Part shown: in pieces, positions 40,941-53,699 of the stretch | Position numbering within the stretch: position 1 is the stretch's first letter | Layout: the number at the start of each line of letters is the position of its first letter | Notes under the pieces: model-generated | What the model was told of the DNA's origin: nothing | Database searches by the model: none | What the model saw: only the letters and a program-made list of their open reading frames with translations | Assembly (NCBI GenBank): GCA_012026655.1 | Contig: JAAILG010001411.1 | Coordinates: 1 to 64,000 of the forward strand | DNA: 64,000 nt | Direction: 5' to 3' | Source: Hydrolagus affinis | Taxonomy: Eukaryota | Program-made: the position numbers and the translations under genes

Positions 40941-41269
40941 TAGTTTCACAGAAGGCAACAAACAAACAAGAGTGTGGACTGGAATTAGAAAACAGAAGTA
41001 TGATTCTGTCTAAGCGCTTAGGTCATGTCAATAAATGCCTCCAACCAAGTTGGCTCTTGTTCACTGATGGTGGAGGTGGGAGGGAAGGGAAAAACTAAGC
41101 CTAAACAAAAAAAAATCAATTTTTAAATGTTTCTCACATCACACTTGACTGAGAGAATAGACAGCTCATCTGCTCCCTGAGGTCTTCTTGAGTTGAAATC
41201 CTGTTATACTGTATTTGCTGTCAAAAGCAACATTGTGACAAAGGTGTGAAGGTTTCAGCGACATTTTGT

Positions 41270-41380
41270 ATGAGACAGAGACAGATGTGGGTAATGTACA
41301 ACAGTGAAATGAAAGAGACATAAAGAAGTAGAGTTGAGGATCGAAACAAACACCAAGATTGCACATCAACTATTGCATCA
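41270..41380 (-). mobile_element. L2 fragment
   Basis: NLGVCFDPQL motif. Confidence 0.55.
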
Positions 41381-42699
41381 TCCCTTCCTGTTATGGAATA
41401 ACTTTCCCATTTATTGTACGAAAAAAATGGGAAAGGGGATTGCAATCGAACATTGAGAGGAGAACATAACAGAATATGAGGAGGATGTATCCCACCTCTC
41501 CAAAAAGATTCAAATCTTTGTGCATGACTGTGCACGCACTACTTGAACTAAATCTGCAGAGCAACATTTCAACCCTCCTAACACTTCACTAATTGAAAAA
41601 CGAGAAAAAAAGAACTAGTTTAGCTGAACTGCTGCTTTAGATCAGTCAGTGTGGATACACTGGTAATAAAAAGTGACACCATTGTCAGCTTACAACAATG
41701 CATTTCTACCTCAGCTTTGATTTATAGATACCCTGAGGGTGGTATATAAAACACTTTGCACCTGCACTTTTCTTTCTTGTCCTATTGGCATCAGTTGCAG
41801 CTCATTACCATACAGATCTCACCTTCTCTTGAAAGGTGACATTATAATATGAGGATTTTTTTCCATGAAAATGAATGATTGCTAACAAATGGATCAACGG
41901 TGTCAGAATAAGTAGACTGAAATGACATTAAAGAAATCCATTTGTGATAATGTTATCCTGGGAATGAAATATAAAAAATAGAGGCACAGAATACTCTTAA
42001 TAATGATTTCGCTTCAAATTGAAATGGTTAAAATGTGAAATGCTGACAATAAAATGTTTACTTTTGAAATACAAAACAAGGGCAGGGCTACCCAACAGCA
42101 ACATTTACCGATCAATGGAGTTTTTATTTAAACTTTTAAGATAAATATATTGTCACGTGAATGACTTAAGGTTAAGATAATGCCTTTTATCGTCATTTCA
42201 GACTCAATATTCACATTAAAGCAATTTTCTAGACAATTGGGTATAAATGTGCATGCACATGGTTTGTGCGTACAAGAGTGTAATTATGGAAAATATATAT
42301 AGTGCATGTACATGTGTATTCATGTGCGTGAATTAATAAATGTTAAGAGTAATTTACACAGAACAAATGAGAGGACAAAGTTTAAATACAATGCTATGTT
42401 CTGCTAAATCTGGGACATGTTTTTAAAGAAGATCAGATCTTTGGAGCAAAAAACAGCTTTGGGAATGGGGGACAGAAATTCCGTGGAAATTATGAAATTG
42501 ATGAATGACTGCCAATTAGTTTCCATAAATGGTTGCTAACTGCTCATTGACCCCATTTACATGAAGTCGATAGTGACGAGATTAAATCTAGTCAATAAAT
42601 ATGAAAAATCATTATCCAGGCCCATTTACATGCAGTCAAAAGGCCACTGATTTGTTCAGGGGTTCTTGACTCCAAGGAAATTGGAGACATTTCATGTGT

Positions 42700-43110
42700 C
42701 AGCCTGGCTCAGTTGATAGCATTCTCACATGTAAGTCAGAAGATTGTGGGTTCAAGTTTCAAGAAAGTTTCAACCCTCAGTGCAGGCAGAAATTCCAGTG
42801 TAGTGCTGGATACTTTGGATGAGGCGTTATAGAATCATAGAATCATAGATTATGCCAAGATTCGGTCTGATTATTCAGGTGGAGGTTAAAAATTCTAATC
42901 TAAAAGAGAAGGGAATTTCTCCCATTCTCCAGGCTACATTCCACCATTGTCCAGGCTACAATCCAACAGATAAAATTGGTTAGTTAGTAAAACTGTCTGC
43001 CATTTTTGCCTACATTATAGTCACTAAACTTTAAAATAAATCCTATGACGCTTTTTGAGCTTTCCTGCAAACATAAAAAGGCGCAATATTAAATGCAACG
43101 TTTATTAATA
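42700..43110 (+). mobile_element. Old DeuSINE
   Basis: ggctcagttgatagcattctc...gtcagaagattgtgggttcaag head and L2-like tail. Confidence 0.7.
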
Positions 43111-43669
43111 ATGACGGATGCTCCGCTATAGAATACTTTGATTAGTTTGGTCAACAAATTCCACATCTTCTTGCAGCTAGGAAAAAGCAAGGTGCCATTT
43201 TACACTAATATTTTTGTTTTCAAAGACTACAAAGAGTTTAGGAAGTTTAACCGTAAGTTCCTAGGCTGGGGTCAGCAAAAACATTGCCATGACATCTTCA
43301 AATAACTAGTTGCTGAAATAAAATAAAGCAGTTATAAGCTCTGCAACTTCAAAGCGGTTGCCTCATAACAGCTTATTAGAAAACATGTAAACTAAATTTG
43401 TTTATTCATTTCAAGCATTACAATGGGGTAGTGTTTCAGAAAACTGACTGTATTTGAGGAAAGATGTGTGGGCAGTGATCCCGCAAGTTTTTGTGCCAGA
43501 CTATTTAACGTATGAAATATTGGTCTCTGACAGGGCCTAAACTAAAGGAAAATGCAAGTACACACATGTTAGTGGGAGGAGTTGGACCAAGTGAATCAAG
43601 ACTGAATTCCTTCTGAAGGTGTCTCGAGGTTCAGCAGCAACTTTTTCCTGGAGCTAGTAGATGTGGTTG

Positions 43670-43745
43670 AATTACATTTATAGAGCGCCCTTCATGGCCT
43701 CCCGATGTGAAGGGCGTTCTATAAATGTAATTTTGTTGTTGTTGT
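43670..43745. repeat. Inverted pair of L2 3' tails forming a 25-bp stem hairpin
   Basis: aattacatttatagagcgcccttca / tgaagggcgttctataaatgtaatt, 24/25 complementary, followed by (gtt)n. Confidence 0.9.
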
Positions 43746-44508
43746 GTGAGGGAGCAATGCCATGGACATGCACCTTTTCCTCCTCCGCCCCCCCACCCCG
43801 AGACAAACCATTTAGCTCCCACTCTGTTTCCCTCTCACAGTTTTCAGATGTATTGAGTCAGTCCAGTGAGCACATAAGGGAAATCAGCAGTTTGGAGTTA
43901 GAAACACACAGCATGGTTCAGTTAAAGCAGTCACATTACTGGGGATATAAATACATTTTATTTGAACAAAATATTGTTGATATCCTACCATTGTCCCTAG
44001 TCTTTTCTTTGTTCTATTTGTTCACATTTTCTACAAGGATATAATTTTTCAAAGTTCTGTTGAATTCACCAGCAACATACAACACAAGTATATAGAGATC
44101 AAACTCCCTAATGCAAGAGGTATCAAGCAATTTTAAGACATCACTTTTGAGGTAATATGACCCTCTTATGTCTTGTTAGATGTGCTGTCCTGAAATTTAC
44201 CCCCATTGCACTCTCTGAAGGACCTGATATGCCCAAACAAATTGCTTTTTATATTGAATACAAGTAATTAAATATTTCCAAGTGTGCAATCAAAATCAAA
44301 GAGTTGAAATTGGTTTAAATTGGAAATTAGACTCTGAATCAATGTGCATGCATTGTGTAAACGTGCAGATAACATCAGCCTTGCCTAAACCTTGCCTAAT
44401 CCTGTTTTGATGTGGCCCAGCTGGAAGGCTGCATGGTTGAATAACAAACTGAAGCTAAGCAAAATGTATATTGCAGCAAATAGATTTATAGCCATTGCTG
44501 TCAAGTAC

Positions 44509-44577
44509 CTTGTATTGTCCTTTCAGCATCTGTTCGTCCAGCACTACGGTCAGCTTCCACCTCTTGGGTCACAGAAT
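44509..44577 (-). CDS. DACH1: DACH1 coding exon (~exon 10)
   Basis: Acceptor tttgttag|AT and donor CAAG|gtactt; 69 nt; (D)SVTQEVEADRSAGRTDAERTIQ, like human DSLTPEIEADRSGGRTDAERTIQ. Confidence 0.95.
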
Positions 44578-44849
44578 CTAACAAAGGGGATAGATTGGAG
44601 TATTGATTGCATTTCTCAAATGCGCGATTTGTTATGCAAAATATGTTTTAATTCTGTTTTACATTTTGACAAGGTCAGGCTTTTTACCAGTGAATTATGC
44701 CATGCTATCGGCATTTTAATCAGCCAGTTTAACAATTTGAATACAAAGTAAATAGACTGCTGTAGTAGCAGCATTTGCGGCACACTGCCAACTGTGAGAG
44801 ACCACATGATTTCATTAGACTCTGTCGCAGGTCATTTGTGGGTACTTAC

Positions 44850-44993
44850 CATTCAGCACCCGGAGGTTGTCCGTAGAGGCAGCCTGTTTCAATGTCTGCT
44901 CTGCTTGTTCTCGCCGCTTGGTCTCAAATTCAAGTGCTTCCTGCAATTTCCTTTTTGCCTTCTTCTCCTTCTTTAACCGTTTCTGAATTATTG
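44850..44993 (-). CDS. DACH1: DACH1 coding exon (~exon 9), coiled coil with basic NLS-like stretch
   Basis: Acceptor ttcttcag|CA and donor AATG|gtaagt; 144 nt; (A)IIQKRLKKEKKAKRKLQEALEFETKRREQAEQTLKQAASTDNLRVLN; lies within ORF 44815..45066. Confidence 0.97.
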
Positions 44994-45162
44994 CTGAAGA
45001 ATGATAGAGTGGCAGGTTAGGCTGTGCGGTCCGGCTTGAAAGTGTAATTTTAGTAGGAGACTGCAAAGTATTGCCACTACACTGTTTCGAGTTTTATTGC
45101 TTTTCCCTGTGTCAGGAGCAGATGTATGGCCACTGTGAAGCTTCTGTCTTGTAATCACTTAC

Positions 45163-45310
45163 CTCTGTTTTTTTGCTCGACAGCCAACTGCTTCTCCAAG
45201 CTTTCCCTCAGCTCCCGCTCCCTAAATAATTCCAACTTTAACTCAGTCTTCTCGAGTTGCACCTGCTTCTCCTGGGCTCTGGCATTGTCAATGGCAACCT
45301 TCAGCAGTCC
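45163..45310 (-). CDS. DACH1: DACH1 coding exon (~exon 8), DD2 coiled coil
   Basis: Acceptor gaacag|GGA and donor AGAG|gtaagt; 148 nt; GLLKVAIDNARAQEKQVQLEKTELKLELFRERELRESLEKQLAVEQKNR, with DACH1-type rather than DACH2-type residues. Confidence 0.97.
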
Positions 45311-45814
45311 CTGTTCACACCAAAAACACCAGCTTTATCAGAAAACAACTTCAGCAAATCATTCCAGCTGTCTGGGCTGGAAACTGAGGTTCGAGGCAGT
45401 AAAAGGAGACAAGACACGGCTCTCTATTCACTGACAGATGCTTGTAGCAGCAAGAAAAATGATTTCTGGCATTTTTTAATGTTTCCTTGTGGGCTGCATA
45501 AAAGTAGCTTTCAATTTTCTATTCCAACATCAGTTTTGTAGCCTTAATTTCAATAGAAATTTGAATAAAAATTAAGTAATTACTACACTTTGTGTAATAA
45601 GAGTCCCACCTGTTTTGTTCAGTGTACCAAAAATACTAGTAGTTGCTGCCTACATGTGCCTACTTCATTTACATATCTAAGATTCAGATTCGAAGTGGGA
45701 AACTAGCTACAGTATATCATGCCACAACAAATAGATTTCAAAATTATTCATCAATGATATAATACAACAACCAAGAATATTTGTTCTCTTATTACATCTT
45801 CCTTCCTACCTTAC

Positions 45815-46305
45815 AGTGTTAACTTCCTGCAAGTGAATGTCAACAAGACCAAAGTACTCCTGCTTGTCTCCCATCAGCATCTCCATACCTTGGGTGCTGA
45901 CGGCATCTCCCTCCATGGATGCACTCAACATCTCACAGAGACACTACGGAACCTCGGCATCCTGTTCGACACAACTGTCTTTCGTAACCCACCTCTGTGC
46001 TATGACCCCAGTCCGCCTTTCCCCACCTCCATAATATCACTTGGTTCCACCGTCTAACACCAAAGACCCCGATACACGCATTGATAACATCCAGGCTCAA
46101 CAACTCAAACTTGTCGGACTCCCCAACTCCTCCCTCCATAGGCTGCAGATTATCCAGAACCCTCCCACACCAGGCTCCTGGTCCCCACTTTCAAAGTGGC
46201 CTTCCTCTAGCTCTGCAACCTCCTAGCCCCCTATCAACTTGCCTGCTCCCTCCACTCAGTGGGCTCTAGTCTGCTTCACGTCTTCCGCCTTGCAAACTCC
46301 ACCGT
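45815..46305 (+). mobile_element. L2 LINE fragments in the intron between exons 7 and 8
   Basis: NVNKTKVLL, LRNLGILFD and VGLPNSSLHRLQIIQN motifs. Confidence 0.85.
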
Positions 46306-46388
46306 ATATCCATGGACTATTTTATCATGGACCCTAATTCAATGGCTGTACAAGAATATATCTACATGTCAGCTGTTTCTGGACTCAC

Positions 46389-46534
46389 CTGAATATTTGT
46401 CAGAAGAGTTTCTATGGAGGAAAGTCCATCAGGGAAGAGGAGAGGAGTTGGGAATCCTGGAGGTAATTGCTGTCCTGCCAGGGAAAGCTTCTCAAAGCTG
46501 TCTCTTGCAGACGGAGTTGAGATTGGAATATCAT
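46389..46534 (-). CDS. DACH1: DACH1 coding exon (equivalent to human exon ~7), start of DD2/Box-C
   Basis: Acceptor ...gtccacag|AT and donor CAG|gtgagt; 146 nt; translates (D)DIPISTPSARDSFEKLSLAGQQLPPGFPTPLLFPDGLSSIETLLTNIQ, matching the Dachshund FPDGLSSIETLLTNIQ motif. Confidence 0.96.
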
Positions 46535-46689
46535 CTGTGGACGACAGAAATAAGCCAGGGTATCAAATGCCTTTTCGTTTTTATTCAGCACTATATTTAA
46601 AACATCAACAGCAACTTAGAGAATGTTCAAAATTCCTATTCGTGTTTGAAGACAAAAACCTCTCTTTGAAGTTATTTGTATCAAAAACA

Positions 46690-46890
46690 AAATCAAAAAT
46701 GCTTTTGTAAATTATTTTGACATTGTCCCAAATATAATCAGCAACATCAAAATAATTCATTATTCTCCCCCGTTTACCTGTGGCTGATGTTTTGTCAAAC
46801 AATTTATTTTTGGCATTCACATTTATTTACAAATCAGAGAATAATGAATTCAAAAATGTCTTGACAGCATAAAACAAGAAATCCTAATGA
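46690..46890. promoter_or_regulatory. Putative highly conserved non-coding element upstream of exon 7
   Basis: Repeat-free, dense in homeodomain/FOX/TALE motifs, with an internal 14-bp inverted repeat; conservation inferred, not computed. Confidence 0.5.
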
Positions 46891-47679
46891 CTAAAATCTG
46901 CCGCAAATAAACTGTGCAGATTATTCAGCAACTTGATTCCATGCTTTGTCAACCCCACACTATGCAAGCAGTCATTTTCTAGACAGTGCAATATTATTGT
47001 GTGTGTATACTTCAGATTGGAGGAAAAGGAGGGGAAGAGGGGATATTTTACCCAATTCTGTCTCATTCTATGTCACAAGACAGAAGACAGTTGTCGAGGG
47101 ACCTTTTAAATCTCAATTGACCTGAATAAGCACAAGTGAGAGGTCAGAAGTAATAACTTAAAAATTTATGAAAACATGATGAAATATTTTAAGTAAGGCA
47201 TACTGCTAATGAAGTCGGGTGTGTTTGGCTGGTAATTTCCTCAACACACTGGTCCCAGTCCACAGCTGTATTGAGTTGAGATGCCAAATTTAACTACCGT
47301 GAAAATTCAGTTCTTGTTACCCTCACTGGATTAGTTTTCTACTGAGTGCCACTGGAATGTTCTGGTCTGCCCGAAAGGGCAATGCAACAAAATCCAGCCA
47401 CTTGTTGTGTTCTGACTTTGTTGTTGATGGAAGCGAAAATGATAATGTTTTACAGCCTCTCAGGAAATAGGAATTCGATCTTCATTAAAATAAATCATCA
47501 GTTGCAACTGATGATTGTAACTCTCTGCACTCAGCTACTATAAAATATGGAGATCGATTTTGTGATATTTCTTAGCGGAGTTCTTAATTAAGAAAGCAGA
47601 AATTCTGTGCTGCTGAATAGCAGGAATGCTTTCCCAACTTAATCTCTATTTGGAGCTGGATTGCCTCAAGTAAAAGTGG

Positions 47680-47950
47680 CATGTGCAACATGTTTCCGGT
47701 TATTGAAAGGAATCCTCTCTCAGACATGTATCATTCTTATGCATAAATTAGCTACTGCATTCGCCTACAAATACAGTCACTGCACTTCACAGTAAAATTC
47801 AGTGAACGGCTTTGAGGGGTTTTGACAATGTGAAAAGGAACTACCTCAAATGCAAGGTTAGGACCATGGAGCCAGAAGGCAGCCATTCAGCCCATCATGT
47901 CTGTACTAGCCCTTTCAAAGAGGGGGAGTTTACCTTTCCCAATACACTTG
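47680..47950. mobile_element. DeuSINE tail (+) abutting a CR1 tail (-)
   Basis: cgcctacaaatacagtcactgcacttcacag; ggagccagaaggcagccattcagccc. Confidence 0.6.
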
Positions 47951-50900
47951 TAGTTTAATAGAATCCTATTATTATTATTTATTAATTAAAAATAATAAAT
48001 TACCCCCAAATTTGCCCCCAAAAGGATGGATTTCTATGGGAAACATCTGTTACACAATATCTAAACTGGGGAACGTTAACTTCTATTGGGCCAACAAACT
48101 TTATTTGTTCAATCCTGACAATTTATGCAAAGAACTATTAAACGGAAAACGAAAAGCAGAAAAAACAAGAATATTGTGCTGAAAGGGAAATGCTGTTTGC
48201 TTCAAGTAGGTTTACGATTACTTTTGTCCTGCCTCTCAGCCTCTGAAGATATATAGTCCTCTAAGTTTGTGCTTTGCACACTGTAAACATGCTTTAAACT
48301 CAGTACCTCTTCTGTCTTCAGACTAACAGACTCACAAAGCACTTAGTGACATCCATTTGAATGCAATTTATTATATTGCAAAATAAAAAAGTTTAAACAA
48401 AAGAATCACCGTGTAAGTTTTAATTCTTCACTAGAGATATAAATACAACAACAAATAATAACAAAATTACATTTGTAGAGGACCTTTAACATTGGGAGGA
48501 CGTCCCAAGGCACTGGAAATCAATTGAACAAATAGAGGAAAAGATGAATAAGCATTGTATTCATTTATAATAAATAAGACATGAATAAGGTACAATATAA
48601 ACTCAAGGGTATACTTTGATCCAAATATAACTATATTATTGATACTTACATAAAATAATTAATGAAACAAGCATCTTTGTCTACTTTGAGCATATTATTT
48701 TACAGCGTTCTTGTGCACTATTAGTTAAATGCAATGTGAAAATGTCAGTCGTATAAATGATTGATGTTACCCTTTAACAGACTCTAGCTAACTTTGATTA
48801 TTCATCTTTTATGTGGCCATCATCTTTTCTGGGGAAGAGCAGTGAATCTGACTCACCTACTTTAATTTGAAGAATCTTTCTGTGTTTTGTTAAAAAAAAA
48901 TCCTCATTCAATGCAATATTCATGTTTGTGTATATTTGGTTTGAGAATCACCAGTGTGCAGATGTGTTTATAGCTACTAGTACCAGCTTACTCCACCCAG
49001 CCCATATGGTAAGCTCAGCTAGGTCCAAGCCGTGCATTTTTTTCCATCCATCCATATGGCAAGCTTAGGCTGGCCAGGGCCCCACTTCCTCCACTAGGGC
49101 CATATGCTACAATCAGCTCAGCGAGCACTTATTTTCCTTATATTAATATTTTATCTTCCGCAGACAGTAGGTCTCAAGTTCAAGGACTGAACCTCTTTGC
49201 TCAAACTGATTCAGACAGAAATAATCTGTTCTGAAACAACAAGTGATCTGGACAATGAGTGAACACAGCCTTTATTGTTTACTTCAAAAAACAATCATTC
49301 CGTCCATGTTCTATTTTTTCCATTTTTAAACTTTCCAAATGAAATCAAAACACAGTTTTATGTATTGGCACAAACATCTGCAAACTTTAAGCCAGTAATA
49401 TGCCTTATTATTATTTACTTTTCTGCAATATTTAATATCAAAATGTATACATCAATCTGAATATGTAAATATATAAACAATATTAGAAAAACATGCTGAA
49501 CTCTTTTTATTTTGCAGCAAATGGCACTGAATCCCCACCAATTTTTGTTTCACAATGAATACCGGTACTTTAGCTCTCTGAAAAAAAGCGATGAAATTCT
49601 CTAATAAATGTCACTAATTTAATCATTTAAACTCTTCCATCTATGTACTGTACTATAATTGATGCATTTTTAAAAATCTATCTTTCTACTTTTTTAGATT
49701 TCATGTGTCAAAATAGAAACATGTGAAATTGAATTCCTGGGGAGTGTGGGAGCGGGAGGGAGAATGCAATGCATTGCAGCCAATACACTGAATACTTGGT
49801 TGCAGCACAATCTCAGTCTGGACCCCTTTTACAGCAGATACGAGCAGTTGACCTGCTTATTTCCTGTGCACTACTGACTTTTGTATGTGAGGTGACGATT
49901 ATCATTGGTGAGCATGACCACATCATGATAAAGTACACTCTAAAGGAGTCTTTAATTATCGACTGTTTTTAGGCGTTGGTCAAAGACCTTAGTCAAGGCA
50001 ATCTATAAAAGATTGGAGGAGGGAGCAATTTTAAGAGACTTCTGAGGAATTCTAATGCAAGGAATCCCATTTAAGAAATACTGTACCATAAATTACCACT
50101 TTTGGTTCTAAAATTCAGTATGTGATATTTCAATTGCTGCTAAGCAAAGCAATTTTAGACACTGTGTGCTTAATAACCACCCTTAATCAGCGATAAATAG
50201 CTCTATCGGTTTAAAGTGTGAAATAACAAAAACAAGTGGAAAAAATAAGCAATTCATACATTGGATGCTCAGATATAAATGCTCCAGTCACCAGGTCAGA
50301 AAGTGCTACATAAATCCATGAGAGGCAAAGAGGTTAAACCGTGAAATGAAGAAATACAAATAGCATGTTTTAGACCCTGAGCAAAATGTCAGAGGAGTTA
50401 AGAATTAAAAGCTAACATTAGCCTCAGCCAAATTTCAGAGGTTAAATATTTCTTTTTGAATCTATTCCTCCTGTAACACTCAGCGATAGCATCATCACCC
50501 AGACATAAATTTGCACAGTAGTCCGTCCATCTGCCATCTGGTGTGCCAGCAAAACTAACTGATCACAGAAAGGTCCGTAAGGTAACAGTCTGCACAAAGA
50601 CAATTGATTCTTAAATTACATTCTAAAGCCTCAACTATTACATTTGAGTTGCAATGCAAACCAAATTACACAGAAAACACTACAGTTCCCATTTACTGAT
50701 GTCTGTCAAACAGTGGTAACAGCTGGTGCCACGTTAATTAGTTTATACTATTTATTCCGTGTATTTCCTCAGCAGATTGAAGGAAAACATTGGAGATAAT
50801 CCCAGCATCTGTACATACACTACAGCATTTATGTTACCAGTGCTAGAATATCAATCATTGACTAATATGGGATTTAATGGATGAGAACACATCCTTTTAA

Positions 50901-53699
50901 GTCAAAAGAAAACAATGTGCCACTGAGATCATTAAAACAGCCAATAACTTGTTTGGAACAACCTTTATGATTGCGATGGCATTTTCAAATTGCACTTTCT
51001 ATTATGTATACTCTTACGTATTGAGCAGGACTCCTGTGCCCAGAAATATGCCTCTTGGTGTTTGCCTCTAAAATACGTTCACTACACTGAACAGTAAATC
51101 CTGTGAAGTGCTCTGAGACGTCCCCCTGATGTGAAAGGCACTGGATCAAGTGCAAGGATTATTTGTTTTATAAAGAGGTAATGTGACTGGTCCCTTAACA
51201 TTATAAAAAGGGCCTCACAGTGTAAACTGGAAGCTGCTAACTCAAAAGAGAGATTGATGGCAGCCGCAGTTTCACAAGTCGGTCTGACGTACACGTGGTT
51301 CTCTGATGAGATACACTTTATGTCAAGAGGCGCGCTTTATGGCAGGGCAACACTTTCCCCAGGAGTGTGCTTTTAATTACATTCAAACAACTCAATCTGT
51401 TCCTGTAAGGTTTCATTTTGTTGTGCTGCTTATAAGCACAATCTCTCCTATTTGTATTATTTGGGCTTTAAAGCCTCTCTAGGCTTGCACAATATTTATT
51501 GATGAGTAGCTTGTTGTCAATCATATATACATATACATGTATATGTATATGTATATGCAAACAATCATTTTTTTCATAATTTTAATAGACTGGTAAGGTC
51601 AAGGGCCTTCAGAATGATTTTGAAAGATGTGAGAGTTTGCCATCTTCAAATTGGTGCAAGTGGTTGTATACCGTGTTTGCACAGCACCAGTGCAAAATTG
51701 CTGTTTAGCCTCTGTTTCAAGCACATCAAGCACTCCCAAAAGGTATTTACCTGACAATTGTTTCTTTTTAAATGAATCATTTTGTTGTATGACCAGCAGT
51801 GCATAATAATGAGTACTTATATTATAATTATTTTTCCATTCTCATCCATCTTCCTTGCATAGACAGCACAGAATACTAACAGCAATCATTTACACAGAAG
51901 CGTTGTGCGCACAGTCTACATGGTTAATGAATAAGTACCCTGTCTTTTCTGAAGACTCCATAGATCTTAAGAAAAATAAAGTGGGAACATGCATTTTATT
52001 TACACCAATGATGAACTGCGCTCTGAATCTCAAATGCTTTTAAATATATATCCTCTGCACTCTCCCACCACTCTTTCTATGAAATAAACACATGTATTAC
52101 ACAGAAGGTAAAAACAATGAATGGAACCAAGTTACCATTCAAGTCCTGGTTTCAAATTGAACTGAAGTGTGCTAAATTGACAGCCTGTCCATTTTGTGGG
52201 TGCAAACTCTGCTACAATTTATAAGTTAGTGATTAATTATAACAACAGTTCAATCTCTTAGGAAAGTTAATTATTAAATTTAAGCAGCTGCCATCAAAAA
52301 AATAACAAGTCTCCTTTTGTTTGGGCTGAAGTAAGTGTATTTGTTCCCCTCATTGCTTTAAGAACAGTAAATTGCAAGTTGACAATGCAATGAGTTGTGC
52401 GAATGTTTATTTGACCATCAGTTTGTAATTATTGAGCGCCACTTAATTATAGCAACAGATGCTCGAGTGGGGGACCCAGAAAATCAAATGCCTCATTTTC
52501 AGGTTATTTTTTTCCACTGCTTCTGCCAACAACAGATGTGACAGCCCCCAGTACTCTGTAGTAAATACTTATCAAATCCTAACAGGTCACCTGTGTCACA
52601 AACAACATTTCAGCTGCAACTCTTTCACCTGATAATAGGCTACAAAGAAAAAAAACAGAGCTGTAAATACAATGTATTCAGAATGAAATGCCACAACATG
52701 AAATTGCTTTTCCTCTGGTTACAACAGGGGTCCCTGACAGTTCTTGGCATTGATAAATAACCTGCAGATTAATTGTCTCCACTCTCATTCTGAGATTTAC
52801 TGTTAAAAGGGGCAGTCAAAAAAGAATGACTCAATGTATAAACTTTGGCAAATGACAATGAAAAATCTGTCACTATGAACGTGCAGTAAACCATCGTGAA
52901 GCGGTGTAAATATCCCTATGTCTCAAATTCAGCAGCATCTTTGTACTGGAAGGCTCTAAGATGCCAACTGCTAATGTATAATGAGTTGCTAGACATACGC
53001 AGTTGTGCAGTAGCTCTCCATTATTTTGTTTCTGATTGTAAATGCTTGTGAATAAATGCAACACTTCTTTCATCTGCTTTTACACTACTCAGCATGTAAT
53101 GTTTTCACTCACCAGAATCCCCATCCCTTATCCTTGAATTAAGATTTGACTTTGAATGAGAAAATCCTACAAAATCATCCGGGCTTATTTAAAGGGGCAC
53201 CCATGCCTTGTGCTTTCAAACGTAGCTGGTTTATCTTAGATGATGGTTTGCACTATCTATCGGAATCAAAATCCCCTGTGATCATTTCTGCAGCCCCAAC
53301 AAGTTCAGTCCCAGTGAGGCTTAATAAATGGAGTGATGGAATGCATTATCTAATCAAACTCAATCCACTCCTGCTGCTCTCTCCTAAAGGCAACCTGCAG
53401 TATGCAGAACATGGTAAAAATGCACCTGGTGTGTTTCTCCAATGCAGATAGCAGGTTTGGTCACTCTCCTGCCAAGTATCTACACCCTGGGATTTAACCC
53501 ACCCGCTTACATCTGGAATATTTGTGAAATCAACTGGACATCAATTTAATTTGTTTGAAATTCTGCTTTTGGCACCAAAACAGCCCGTACTAAAATTACA
53601 CTCAAGTGTTTAAGAAAAGTGAATCCTGAATTTCATTGTGGTTTCTTCAGATCTTCAAAGACTACATCTGCAGCATTTCAAGCACAGCAAGCTAAGTGT

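Noticed and set aside
44509-46534. DACH2 assignment
   Set aside because: Residues AIDNARAQEKQVQ, FETKRREQAEQTLKQAAS and the C-terminus DGRLYLK.VMY are DACH1-type
51525-51550. 26-bp perfect palindrome atatacatatacatgtatatgtatat
   Set aside because: Inverted (TATATG)n microsatellite, expected from slippage
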